From the human T2T-CHM13v2.0 reference genome, Homo sapiens: DNA of 64,000 nt. The notes beneath the pieces were generated by a model. The model saw only the letters and a list, made by a program, of their open reading frames with translations. It was not told the origin of the DNA and searched no databases. Shown here piece by piece: positions 1 through 12,250 of this stretch. The stretch lies in the NCBI RefSeq assembly GCF_009914755.1, contig NC_060932.1; one strand, written 5' to 3'. How positions within the stretch are numbered: position 1 is the stretch's first letter; each line of letters begins with the position of its first letter. The translations under genes and the position numbers were made by a program.

Positions 1-1009
1 GCTTCCTCACCCTGGAGATTGGCACTCCCCTTGCTGTCACTTCCCTCTGCTGGCTGGGCCTGTTATCAACCTGCCTGCTGGTGTCTCTGTTCCATCAAGT
101 CCAAAACCAAGCCTGCCCAAGTCCCGCCCCTGCTGACACCCTCCTGGTGCCTCACCAGCTCCAGGTCCACAGGCCCCTGCAGCTGCCCTCCTCCTGAATG
201 CTCCAGCCCCACCACGGCTCCCTTCTCTAGACCTTCCCCTCCCTGGAACAGCTCCCCTGGGAGGCCCACCTCTCCCTCCTGGCCCAAGTGCCTGTATTCT
301 CTTTGAGCCCTGAGCCTGGAGGCCACCTCTCCTGCCTTGGCCACATGGGAAGGTGCAGGCTGTGCCTGTGCATAGGGGGTGAGTGTGCTGAGCACCTGTT
401 CTCTAGTGGCCCCTTCATAGCTCACGGTTCCACATTTCTCACACCTCGGCTGAAAATCCTTCACAGTTTCCCTCCTGCCTCACCTTTCTGGGGCTCCTCA
501 TCACATCTCCTGCCTATATTGAGCCTTGCAGAAACCTCACCTCGTACCCCAGCCCCAACCCACACCCATGGCTGGTGTTCAACCTCCTTCTCCCCAGCCC
601 AGCCCTGAGGACCACGCAGCTCCACCCACAACACTGAGAATTCCTCCTGGGCTGCCCGTACTCGTCCCTGTGCCCCCACCCAGACATGGGGCTGGGGTCT
701 CCCCTTTCATTCTTAGCCAGGGAGCAAATCTTGCTGGCTGTGGCTGTGCCCGGGGCTGTGTTAGTGTGCTAGTGTGTGAGGAAGGGTTACCATGGGGAGC
801 AAGAGTGGACACAGGCTCAGCCATTGTGGGACTTGGGGGAAAGACAGGTATTGAAACCACACAAATCTCTGTGGGTGGAGCAGGGGCTTTGCAGACATAG
901 TGTGCTGGCTGCATCCTGTGCCCTTTGCCCAGCTCCTGGCACGCCCCCTCCATGGGGCATTAACGACCACCTGACACTCTACCTCCACTGGCCAACCTTC
1001 AGGTGGGCA

Positions 1010-1105
1010 GGGGCAGTGTCTGCCTCAGTCTCTACTGGGTCCCCAGAACCATACTCTGATGACACAAAACAGGGGCTCACACAAAGTCTGTCAATAAATG
1101 AATGG
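1010..1105 (+). mobile_element. LINE-2 3' end fragment
   Basis: Ends in 'ggggctcacacaaagtctgtcaataaatgaatg', resembling the L2 3' terminus and TGAA tail. Confidence 0.5.
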
Positions 1106-1537
1106 GCGAGTGGCCTGGCCTGCCCGTCCCAAGCACACCCGCCCTCTTGACCCCTCCTCCAGGAGAGGATCCAGAACCAGCCCATGGGCAGGCATGGGCG
1201 AGTTTGCAGGCCTGGGCCTGAACAAGGGGCAATTTCTAGGTGAGCACAGAGCCTTCCTCCCTGCAGCCAAGCTTCCAGGGGGCCCAGCTCTTCCCAGTGT
1301 GCTGGGCCCCAGCCTTCCTCCCAGAGAAGCCAGCCATGGCAGGGACACTGTGTCCACATGCCGGTCTGCTCCTCCAGCAGATGCCTGCCAGGCTCCTCCT
1401 GCCCTGCCTGTAGTACCTTCCAGTGTGCTGGAGACAGACGGCAGAGAGGAGAACCAACTTGTGTTTGGAGAGGCTGGACAGGTTCCCCGAGTGGGGTGGG
1501 CGGGTTCATTTGGATTCAGTAGTTGGGAAACACAATG

Positions 1538-1700
1538 AGGTTCAGATCCTGACGGTGGGGCCCCCAAGCTGTGTGTGAGCTGCTCCCATCCTCTCTGGGC
1601 CTCAGCACTCCCCTCTGCGGTGTGGGGTTGGAATATACCTGCCTCAAGTTGAGGTGCTGAGGGTTAAAGCAGGTGCAGTGCCTAAAGCCAGGTGCTGACT
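1538..1700 (+). mobile_element. MIR SINE (degenerate)
   Basis: 'ggttcagatcct...agctgtgtg...ctctctgggcctcag...gagggttaaa' follows the order of the MIR core consensus. Confidence 0.6.
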
Positions 1701-2990
1701 CCACCCACATCCTGCCTCAGGCCTAGCCCAGGACTCCTGTCCAAGAAACCAAGAAACCCGCTCCTCTGTTCTGCAGTGGGAGGTGCTTATGCACAGGGAC
1801 TCCTGGGACCCCACCCAAGATGCTCTGGCAGAGCAGGGGGTCCTCCTGGGCTGTGGGGGTCTGGGTGAGTCCTCTCTGGCTCTTCCGTCAGCTTGAAGAA
1901 GGCTCTGGATGCTGAGGGCCGGCTTAGTTTGTAGTTTGTATCTGGTTTGTGATGGGAACTGGGAGGGGAGAGTGAGGGCAGGAATTATTCCTGACGCCAG
2001 GTCCTGCTTGGAGGGTTCTTGTACCCAAGCCCATTCTAGCCTCCAGTCTCCTGGCAGGGATGACTTTCACCCCCACCTCACAACTGGGGAAGGTGGGGCT
2101 CTGAGTTGCCCGGCTTGGCCGTGGGGACAGAGTGAGCTGCGGGTACACAGCAGGGCCTGGGGCCAGAGGCAGTGAGGGTGGGCATGGTGTCACCATGGGG
2201 GTCAGGTCCAGTGGAGGCAGCATGCTGGCGCTGTCAGAGGAGCTGAGAATTAAGAGAACGATCACCATTTGTAGACATTTTTGTGGAAGAGTGGTGGAGA
2301 GGAGCTTGGGCTGGTTCCCAGCAGCCCTCCTCATGGTCGGACGCTGTCCCGGGCTCCCCTTCCACACCTGGATCTGGGACCCCTCTGCAGGAGGAAGCTG
2401 GGGAATGATCCCTGAAACTCTCCCAGCCTGGACTCTCCGCAGCATGCGGCAGCTCCTGACCCACCCATCAGCCCTGCAGTTTCACTCTGAGTAGCTGAAC
2501 AGATGCTGCTTCTCTTCCTTCCTTCTGGTTCTAGGACTTGAGAGCCAGGGAAGGCCCTCGACCCTGCTACCTTCTAGCCGTGTGACCCAGGGCAGGACAA
2601 TCTCCTGATGCTCCATCAACCCTATGCATTACCCCTGAGACGGTTCCTGACCCTTTGTCTAGAGAGGCAGATAGAAAGACTGCGCTAGAGGGTGGGAAGG
2701 ATGGGAGGACACTTGGCTGAAGGCGCCCTGCAGATAACAAGCACCATGGCTGTGACCCAGGGCTGGTGTTATTTAGGGGGCCCAGCCCTGGGACACACAG
2801 GGGAACTTTGCAGTGAGAGTGGCTGATTCCAGGGCACCCAAAGCCCCAGGATCTAGTCCTTGAAGGAAGGAGAGCTGTGTGGTCTGGCTCAGGCCTGGCC
2901 ACAGCACTCTCTTGGGGCTGTGGAAGCTGTTTCCACGGTGCCTGAGGACATGATCCAGAGTCTGTCACCTGGGAACACACCATAACAGGG

Positions 2991-3213
2991 CTGTACTCCT
3001 GCCTGGGGCTGGTGACAGGCCAGGCCACCCATGGTGCTCGCTCCCTCTGTATCTCTTCAAAGGCCCTCCAAGGCCAGCTCCTCCAGCAGATGTTGGTCCA
3101 CTGCACTCCTGCCTGGGGCTGGTGATGGGCTGGGCCACCCATGGCGCTCACTCCCTCTGTATCTCTTCAAAGGCCTTCCAAGGCCAGGTCCTCCAGCAGA
3201 GGAATGGGTCCAC
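2991..3213. repeat. Tandem duplication, 2 x 110 bp
   Basis: 'ctgYactcctgcctggggctggtga...ctccctctgtatctcttcaaaggcc...ctccagcaga' starts at 2991 and 3101. Confidence 0.95.
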
Positions 3214-5965
3214 GCTGAGGGCCCTGGAAGCCCGTGGCTGTCCTGTGCCTGGGACTGTGGCATCCGAGAGCGGACACAGCTTCACCAGGAATTCTGGGGT
3301 CCCCAGACCTGGAACACTGGCTCCAGAGGTCCCTGTTTCGTTCTTGTTGCTGCTCGGTTTCCTCTCTTGGCCCTCGAAGAATGTGCCTTCTCCTAGAGGC
3401 CTCCTGGGGCTGACCCCCCTCCGTGCCCCACTGGAATCCTCCCGCTCCCTGTCCTCCATCACGCTGAGCCCAGATCTGTCTCCTTAAGCCCAGCAGAGCG
3501 GGGCCATTCTCAGAGAGGATTTAAGTGCCCCTCGCAGAGCAGGCAGGGATTTATCCTCCTGTCCCTCCGCTCCCTCTCTGTCGTTAGGGCGGAAGTGGGC
3601 CTCCCTGGCGAGTGGCATGGCTGTGAAATGTGGCTGTGCCCTGCGTGGTGCTCGTGCCTGCAACGGCCGCTCGCTCAGAGGCATGGGGGAAGGGCTCTGG
3701 GGTTGCCGAATCTCCTCTCGGTGGTGACCCCATAGGAAGTGGGGGAGAGCACTGGCCCGAGGCCCTGGCAGGAGCAGGTGCCTGGGGAAAAATCACTGTG
3801 GATGACTGCTGTGTACACCAGACTGCCCCCCAGGCAACGAGGTCCCCACCCACCATTGCCTGTCCTCTGGGTGCTGGTCCACTGGCAAACCCATTCCTGG
3901 AGGTCCTGAGGGGGCTGTGCCCCATCCCCATCCCCTCCTCCGGCCCTGGCCTCTCTTTCCCAATGTCTAATCCTTAAACACCTGGGAGGGGCTTATGCCT
4001 GGGGCAGGGTTGGTCTGAGTTATGCAGTTGCTTTGCCGTCAGCACCCGGAGGCCCCCGGCCTCTAAGCAAGGACCCCACTGTGTGTCACCCCCCATCCTC
4101 TCAGGAAGCCGACTCCATGCCCAGGAGATGCAAACTGGGTTTTGACCCCATCCCCCCGCCCTTCCTCAAGCTGTTAGCTCGGAGGCCTTGGAGCCTGTGG
4201 CCATGGCTCAGGGCACATTCTCCTCCCCCCAGCTGTGTCCACACACTCAGCAGCCCCCAGAGCAGCCCCCCATCTTCAAGCCAGAACCAGCCATCAGCAC
4301 AGCCCACTGTGAGATGAAAGGTGCTCTGTCGACGGGTGTTAATGTGCTCCTGTTCCCTCCTCATCCGTTCAGCAAGTGTCCACCGACCGCCTACTGTGTG
4401 GGGGCCCACGGCCAGGCCTGCTTTGGGTGAAGCCTGTGTAATGTTTTGCAGACGGGAGCCCTTTCCAGGGGAGAGTGGATCCCTCATCTCCCACCCTGCC
4501 TGTCCTGAGCACCCTTAGACCAGGCCATGGTGCACAGTAGGGGCCCTGGGAATGGCGCTTTCATTGGCTAGGATGGTGAGGAAGCCTTCTTAACTCTCCA
4601 AGATGTTGTCATGGAGACCCCTCTCTCACTGCCACCCTCCTTTCGGTCTCCAGGGAACAGGGTCCCCTGAAGAAGGCCAGCAGCTCTGCAGGGGCTCGGG
4701 ATCTCTGTATCGCTGGGGGGACTCCCCTCGCCTTCTGGGGACTCTGAACGATGAGAAGAGCCACCAAACCCAGGTGTGGGGACTTGGAGAGGCTCGGCTC
4801 CCCTGGGTGCTCTGTCCCCCAGGGATGTGGCAGATTCTCTGCGGCAGGGTGCCTTGCAGGACAGAGGGACAGAGCACCCTGGGGGGCCAAGCCTCTCAAC
4901 TCTCTTGGGGTCAAACCACTTCACAAAGGGTACCTGAAGGTTAAGAAGTTCTGGGATTTGGGAGCAGCTAGCTGGGCCTCCCAGAGCCACAGATGGTGGC
5001 CCAGTAAAGGCAGCCTGACCACAGCCTGAGGTGACAGCATCTTGTGGCCAAACGCTCAGCCCTGAAGCAGCTTCTGAGGGTGGCTGGGCTGACTGAGAAT
5101 GATCTGGGGCTTGAGGCCTGGGTGCTCACAGCCTTGTACTGAAAAGGAGAAAAACACCAGTCCTCTGACTTTCTGCTGTACCCAGGGGCTGGCCCGGGAT
5201 CCTCAGCATCTCTGCATGGTGCTGAAGTGTGTGGCCGGTGTGAGTGTGTGTGCACATCCCACGCAGGTGAGCGTCACTGTGACCCTGTGGCTTGGACACC
5301 TCACTTGTTTGTGAGGCTCCCTCTGGGCCTCAGTCTCCCTACCGGCAGAGGAAGGGGCAGGCAGCATGGATTAACTGCGCCCAAGCCCTTCTGACATTCC
5401 AGGAGCCCCTGTTGTGCCAAGGGCCAGCCTGGACACTTCTGGCTCCCTCCAAATGTCAGCAAGGGAGGGAGTGAGGGCTCTCTGGAACGGAGTGTCTTAC
5501 CGTGACTTATTGGATCACGAACAGTTTAATAAGGAGAGGGATGGGGGAGGGCACGCTGCTGCCCGCCTGCTCACCTCATAAATTAGGCATCAGATGTTCA
5601 CAAAGGTATCTTTGAGTAAACAGAATCATCTTGTTGGAGGAAGGGCTGTGTCTGCGGGCCAGGCAGTGAGTCCCTGGGGATGGCGCAGTCAAGATGGCGA
5701 AGACAAGGCCGCTGCATTTGTCTAGCGTGCCCTTCGCCAAGCCCGGGGATGGCTACGGGTGGTCTCGCAACAACCTTGGGGCAGCTGGGGGCTGCTTGGC
5801 AGGGAGAGGACGTGGCCTGCGAGGGGTCCAATCACCCCCATCCCCATCTCTGAGGTCAGGTTCAATCCAGTGCCTGGACTCTGGACTCCTAAAGCAGGGT
5901 CAGGGCCGGATGCAGGCACCTTAGTTGCCCAGCCAGGGAGCAGAGGCCGTGGAGGCAGATTTGCA

Positions 5966-6022
5966 AGAAGCTGTGTGGCCTTGGGCACGTTCCTTCATCT
6001 CGCTGTGTCTGAGTTTCCTCCG
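5966..6022 (+). mobile_element. MIR core fragment
   Basis: 'agctgtgtggccttgggcacgttccttcatctcgctgtgtctgagtttcctc' matches the MIR core. Confidence 0.6.
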
Positions 6023-6978
6023 CTCCCATCCCCCACCTCTCCCGTCTCGGCCCCTCCTCAGGTCCAGCGCAGGGTGCCACAGTGTCACCTTCATCCACGG
6101 CAGGGCTGCTCCTGCCTGACCTAAGAGCTCAGGGCTTTTCTCCCTTCAGGGTCTGTTCCATGGGCAGGTGGATTCAGCCCCAGAGGGACGGTGGGGACTC
6201 GAGCATCTTCTTACTGAGTTGGTTTTTTTTTTGCACTGGACACTGCACAGGAAGTGGCTGTGGTGCTCCAGGCCCTGAGGCACAGCCTTCCTCCCTCCTC
6301 TTCCTCTTTGCCAGAAGCAGTGCCTTCCACGTGACCTCCACGGACAGCCAGGCTGCATGCGCTCTGCATGCCCAGAGCTCCTTGTTCTCTGGCCCGGATT
6401 CATGCTGGGCTCCAGCCAAGCGCCCTATGCCCCAGGCAGCCCCAAGCAGGGTCTTGGTAGCCAGGGGCAGCCATGGAGTGGGGTGATTCCCGTGGGAGCC
6501 TTCCGCACGTGCGCTCCGCCCACCACCCTGCCCAGGGCGTGAGGCTCGCTCTAGACACCAGAGAGAAGCAGGCCAGGGGTCATGCTGGGGATGGTCCCGG
6601 GGAAAGGGAGGACAAAGGGGAAGAAGGAGTGAGCTGCAGGCCCAGAGGGTGGGGGTTCGGAGTGTGCAGCGAGAGGGAACGGAGGCCGGGGACTTGGGAC
6701 TCCCCATGGTGGAGGGGTGGGGTGGGCCTTGTCCATGTCCTGGGAGTGGGCAGGAGCATCTATGCTCCCATCTGTGTAGTGGGGCACCCAGACTCCAGTC
6801 CAAGGGGCCTTCCCCGCTCTGCCATGTAGGACTGTGGGAATCCTTGGCCTTAGTCGTGGCTCCAGGGTTGTGGCTCTGCTAGAAATCTCGATGGATCTTG
6901 GCTTTGGTAAAAGTGAGGCTCCCATCCCCAACCCAGTCCGGGCCCACACAGCGTCCTGGGTAGCAGCGTCCACCCGCT

Positions 6979-6992
6979 GCGCGAGGAGGCAG
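6979..6992 (+). promoter_or_regulatory. Candidate CTCF site in a CpG-enriched patch
   Basis: GCGCGAGGAGGCAG is 13/14 to CCGCGNGGNGGCAG; local CpG enrichment at ~6950-7270. Confidence 0.4.
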
Positions 6993-7559
6993 AGGGCAGA
7001 GTTGCTTACATTGACTTCTAAAAGCCCCATTCGTTCTCCGCGAGAGACGCACTCCCTAACTCATGCTGGAACGCAGAGGGATGATTTTTAATAAACTGGC
7101 CCTTTCGGGGCCTGAATCACTGTAACTGCAGGCGCCGGGGCAGGTTTACGCACAGCCCACCCTCCCACTGCCCGCCCCCGGCGCCGGCAGGCAGCCTCTT
7201 GTTTAGGAGACGATTTGTTGCTTTGGGTTCTTTCTTGGGCTTTTCCGAAGCAGAGGCCTGAGCTCGAGCTTCCCGTCTGCAGAGAGCAGCAGGAGCACAG
7301 CGGGGTGGAAAGAGAGCTCACGGCCCTTGTGGCCCATCGAAGGTCAGGCCAGCTTTCCCTGTCCTCAGCTGGGCTCTCTATGGGGCTAGGCCCCGCTGCT
7401 GCCCAGTCACTGGCCCTGTCCCTGACACATGGGAGAATGTGCTCAGGCCCCCGTGGTCTCCCTTCCCGGGATGGGAACCCATGCGAGTTCCAAGCACAAG
7501 AAAGTGCAGGCTGGGGTGAGGACTGGGCACCTCATGTGCACTAAAGTATCAGAGGCAAC

Positions 7560-7670
7560 TAGGCCTCTGCCTCAGTTTCCTAATCTGTAACATGGGATCA
7601 TTTTCCCAACCCAATCCGCAGGGTTGTTGTGGGGACCCAGTGGTGCCGTGGGGTCATATGCTTTGTATAC
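7560..7670 (+). mobile_element. MIR SINE fragment
   Basis: 'gcctcagtttcctaatctgtaacatggg...gggttgttgtggggac' is a close match to the MIR core. Confidence 0.8.
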
Positions 7671-7802
7671 CCAGTTCATAGGTGAGACTGAGACCCGGGA
7701 TGTCTTAAGGACGGAAGTGGACTGGGATCCCGGTACGGGATCCTCCCTGTCACCCTGCTCCTTTGCACCCACTGATCATCAATGGTACCTCTGTTCATCT
7801 CG

Positions 7803-7935
7803 GGGCTCCGTGCTGTAAGCTCCTCCGCCACCGGCAGCCACTCTCGTGGCCCCATGCTGTGAGCCCCACCCCGCAGGCAGCCACTCTCAGGGCCCCATGT
7901 TGTAAGCCGCACCCTGTAGGCAGCCACTCCCTGGG
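7803..7935. repeat. Minisatellite, ~3 x 43 bp (diverged)
   Basis: 'ggcagccactc' recurs at 7833, 7876 and 7919, with 'tgYtgtRagc' in each unit. Confidence 0.85.
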
Positions 7936-9022
7936 GAATCTGACATGAACAATTCCCTCCCCAGATCAGGCTTGAAGCTGAACCCCCTCGGGCATCTCCA
8001 GTGCCCCCACCATCAGGCTGCTTCCTTTGAGCCTTTAGGACACAGCTGTTCCTTCCAGATGTGCCCCAGCCAGGCCAGTGGTCGGCCCGTTTGCTCTAGA
8101 TGGCCCTGGTGCCTTAGAGCATCCTGTGGGTTTCACTCCTCCTGTCCCTTCTCCCAGGCAGCAACAGCCCCATCTGTGGACGGCACGAGGTTCCCGCCAC
8201 CCACCCCTTCCTGTGCTCTCCTGCTAGCCTGGGACCACCGCCTGCCCCTTGCCAGCCTCCAAGCCACCTTGCTCACTCCATCCAGCAGCCCAGGCCTGGG
8301 GGCTCCTGCTCCCTCGGGAGTCTCTGCCTCCTCCTAGGGACCTTCCCCTTTCTGGACCCTCCAGGGATCCTTCAGGGCTGCTGGAACCAGCTCTTCCTGC
8401 TGGGCTCTGCCTGCCAGGACCTCACACCTCTACTGGTTCCTGACTCAGCTGTTTCCTGCCTTCCTTGGAGATGTCATTCACAGGACCCCTGGGTGCCCCT
8501 CACCTGGTGGGTCCTGGCCTGGACTCACTCTGCTGGGCCCAGCCACTGTATCCCAGGTGCTGTATGCAGCCAGGCCTTGCCGTTGCTTGTGTGGCCATTT
8601 CAGGGGGTCGAAAGGACTCTGGCTACTGGAGTCTTGCAAGCTCCCTGCAGGCCAGGCAGAGGAAGGACAACACTGGCCACGGTAACAGCCAGTGTTTCAT
8701 GAGCTTGGCAGAGCCTGATGTACAGTCAGCGAGTCCCGCCCACCTCCCTCCCTCTGCAGCTGCTCTGCGGCTTGGCCTCTGTGTGCCTGGTTTCCTCACA
8801 GGAAAACCAGGGATGAAGCAGGGGGTGGGCTCGGGGACCCCATGCAGAGGCCGGAGGAGTGACAGGTGGTGATCCCTGACTTTGGCAGAGCCCAGAAAGC
8901 CCCGGCTACCACTGCTGTTGCCACATTCAACACATCACCAGGTGCCGCCTCACAGTTCCAAAGGCTGTACCTTAAGAGGAGCTGGCGTGCCCAAAGCCAT
9001 GGGCTGTGTCGGGTCAAGGAAG

Positions 9023-9086
9023 CCCCTGCTGCCGGACGCTGACCCCTGCTGCCGGACGCTGACCCCTGCTGCCGGACACTGACCCC
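9023..9086. repeat. Minisatellite, ~3.2 x 20 bp
   Basis: Unit 'cccctgctgccggacRctga', near-perfect copies. Confidence 0.95.
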
Positions 9087-9924
9087 AAGTGCATTGTCCC
9101 CTGGCTGCACCTAACTCTGCATTCCTGGGCATGGTGACTCCACACAGGGCAGGATGCGGAGGGACAGGCAGGGAAGCTGGGTGGCGGAGGGGCCCTGGGC
9201 ATCAGACAGCAGGGAACCGCCCCTCCCTCAGGGATGGCTGTGTCTCTCCTGCCACATGCCCTGGTCTTTCTCTCCTACCTCCCCTCTGCAAACCACCCTC
9301 TTGGAACTCTCATACCTCCCCAGCCCTGTCCGCACCCCAATCCTCTTGTCTTCCTGGGGATGGGCCAATCTCAGGGCCCCCTCCCTCCAGCCACAGTGGT
9401 GGATGAGGAGCTCTGGCCTTGGGCTCTGCACACCTGGGCTCCGGCTGCTCCTCTCCCTACCCACGGTGACGGTCCTCCACTCGGCCTGATGAAGGGCTCA
9501 CAATGGGGCCAGGAGGCTTCTGGAGCAGGTGGCTGGCAAGCTGTCCTGGGCAGCAGAGGGGATCCCCCAGAGGAAGAAGGGCAGGGACTCACAGCCGAGG
9601 CCCCTGGTTCCCGCAGCTCAGGCTCCTGCCAGGGACACCCGTCTGTCCTTGGTGCTTAGACTCCAGGTCGTCTTTGGTCCTTGTTCCTGTGTCTTTCCTG
9701 CCTGCTGGTCGAACCCAGAGGGGCCCCCGAGGCTGGGCTGTGTCCATCGATCAAATTCAAAGAGACCTGTGCGTGGCAGTTGGCTGCTCATTTTTTGCTG
9801 CAGCTCTACCAGCCGCTCCGCGGGTGGGCAGCTGTCCCTGCCAAGAACGTGACGCACCGAGAGGTTCGTGGCTTGCAGGAGGTCACACAGCCCATTCCAA
9901 AGGCCGTGGGGTGCACACAGGCTG

Positions 9925-9992
9925 TACCCCAAGTTTACAGTGGGGAAGCTGGAGACCAGGGAGGTGATGTGATTTGCCCAAAGCCACACAGG
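9925..9992 (-). mobile_element. MIR fragment
   Basis: 'tttacagtggggaagctggagaccagggaggtgatgtgatttgcccaaagccacacag' is the reverse MIR core. Confidence 0.75.
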
Positions 9993-10134
9993 GATGCACT
10001 GGCAGGGCTGGGCGTGCGTGGCTCTTCTTCGAGCCTCCCGCAGGGCTGCCTGCCTCTGAGGGTGCCCGGCTTCCCTCCCTCCCAGCCGCCCGCTGGGCTC
10101 CTTCTGCTCCGTCAGGGAGCACTACCGGCTATGG

Positions 10135-10148
10135 CTCCCAGGGGGCGC
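10135..10148 (+). promoter_or_regulatory. Candidate CTCF site
   Basis: CTCCCAGGGGGCGC is 12/14 to CCASYAGRKGGCRS, followed by TG. Confidence 0.35.
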
Positions 10149-10559
10149 TGAGGCCCCGCGGCTGGCTTTCCGCCTGCCCAAACCCTGAAAAATGCGGCGT
10201 GTGCTCTGCAAACTCACTGGTGCTGTGTGTGTTTTTCCAATCAATAGAAGATGCTCAGTCCCCGAGATGTCGCTACCAGAGTCTTCACACATCTGCATCG
10301 GAAGGATTCCAAGTGAAAAGTCTTTTCCTGTTGGGGTAAAAAAAAATGTAAAAGGAGAAAAGGAGAATTTGCCTAACAGACTAGAAAATTTCCACTTCCC
10401 AGCATCTGAACAAAGTATTTGTGCTTCTTGTGCCTAATTACCCAGGCTGCAGAAGGAGAGCTGGGTGGGTTTCCAAGCTCGGCCGTGGCGCTCAGCGAGT
10501 CGATCCTGGGGAGGAATCTGCATGTATTTCTGGGTGATGCTGAAGGTACCCGGCCACCG

Positions 10560-10660
10560 GCCTGGGAGACTGGGGTCTGGTTCCAGCCCTGCTTTCCACT
10601 TTTGTTTGACCTTGGAGAAGATGCTTGGCCCCTCTGAACTCAGCCCTCCTGGCTATAAAG
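10560..10660 (+). mobile_element. MIR fragment
   Basis: 'tctggttccagccctgct...tttgaccttggagaag...cccctctgaactcag...ctataaa' follows MIR order. Confidence 0.55.
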
Positions 10661-11289
10661 AGGTTTTGTGTTAAGTTCACATCTCCAGGATGCTGACAAG
10701 CCCAAGGCATTTAATCTGAAACATAAACTGATTCATAGCTTTATACTAATGTGGAGTTTTCAAAGTGCCTTTGAAGTCCGCATCTGCCTGGTTTCCTAAT
10801 TGGCCCTGGAGAGTGGGGGGTGAGCTGCGCCCCGGAGCTCACAGGGGTGAAGGGTGATGCACAGGCCCAGCTGTCAGCAGCAGAAAGGGGCCGGCGGGGC
10901 TACTCCTGCTCGGTGCCAGTGGCCTGGCCCTCAGCCTGGGAAGCCGGGGAATGGCCCCGGAGAACACAGGCGGGAGGGGCTGGACTTGGCTTCAGGCCTC
11001 CAGTCCAGTGGAAGACACTTGTGGTGAACAAGACTGTCCCGCAAGCCCAAATTGGTGCCCTGCTGGTGGGATATGGCAGCAGCCCACTGCGGAGTCGCTG
11101 CCCGGAAGCTAAGGCGATGAGCGGTGACTGCCACGTGAGAGCCAGGCTTCAGGGCCTGAACCACAGAGCGGGCTTCTTCCAGCCCGGGAGTCCGAGAGGC
11201 GCTGGCTCGGGGAAGTCTTTTCCCCCTTCTCATGAGCACAGGGGCAGTCACAGTGCTCTTGCTCCTGGCCCAGGTCCTCCCCACCTCAG

Positions 11290-11790
11290 AGTTCACTCAG
11301 GCCAGAAACTGGGACAGCCCTTCCTGGCACCTTCTCCTGGCTTCCCATTCCTTCCAGCCACCACCAAGTCCTGCCGATTTTATTCTGAATGTCTCTCGAT
11401 GGTGCCCACTTCTCTGCCTCCCAGCTGCTGCTACCCGGGGCCTGGCCACCATGGACCCTCCCCAGGGATGACAGCAATCCCCTGGCTGCCTTGGCTCCCT
11501 CCCCCAACTCTCTGCCCCTCCAGTCCCTTCGCCAGTGATGGCCAGGCTCCTTTTTTGAAAACATAAACTGAGCGGGGCACTCCACATGTCATCGCCCATG
11601 GCCTGGCCGGCCGCAGCCCCAGCCCCTCTCCCCGCCTGCAAGGTGCCTGCTCTTGCTCACTCAGCCCAGCCTCGCTGACTGCCGAGCGGCTCGCTCTACT
11701 TCTCTTCTTTCTTTACTGCCCTGCCCCCTGAGGAGTGACAGCTTCTGGCAGATACTAGGTGCTCATTAATACTCACTGCCTGCCTGAGTG
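11290..11790 (+). mobile_element. LINE-2 (L2a-like) 3' region
   Basis: 'caccaagtcctgccgattttattctgaatgtctctcga...cccacttctct...ttttttgaaaacataaactga' plus 3' end 'taggtgctcattaat'. Confidence 0.75.
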
Positions 11791-12059
11791 AGCTGGCATT
11801 TGGGCGGGGTCTTCATCCCAGAATTGTGAAATGGAGGAGGCAGCATGGAGAGGGAGGAAGTGGCTCAGGCAAAGGCTGGAGAACAGGGTCCATGAGCAGG
11901 GTGAGTGGGCTTGGGAGAACGGGGGATGGGAAGATGGAGCTGGGTCCCTGGAAGGTCTGCGTCACGTCAGGGAGAATTGGTCAGGGGCTGCAGCAGTGGG
12001 ACCTGGGGTGGCTGGCCTGCAGGGCTCAACGAAGAGGGCTCTCTACCTACCCAGCACGT

Positions 12060-12250
12060 GGTAACAGTACTGGATCTGGAGCTGCCTCCAGGGACTCGTC
12101 CCTGCTCTGCCCTCCCAAGCCATGTGACTTGAGGGGAAGTCACCGGGCCCTGCATCCTCATCAGCAACCAGGTCTAATAACCCCTGGCCAGAAGTGAGAG
12201 AGTCTGGCATGCGGTGTGAGCTCAGGAACTGTGAGCTCTCCAAATCTGTG
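12060..12250 (+). mobile_element. MIR SINE (degenerate)
   Basis: 'tggatctggag...ccctgctctgccctcccaagccatgtgacttgaggggaagtcac'. Confidence 0.55.

Noticed and set aside
5207-5226. REST/NRSE site
   Set aside because: Only the ATGGTGCTGAA half matches well and the GCTGTCC half is degenerate; other half-sites (6340, 45834, 51146) are also incomplete.
10820-11566. 248-aa ORF
   Set aside because: GTG start, second half lies in L2, and it has the P/G/S/A-rich composition of random GC-rich frames.
10719-11571. Shared 13-mer 'aaacataaactga' at ~10719 and ~11559
   Set aside because: The second copy is part of L2 and the flanks do not align; most likely chance.
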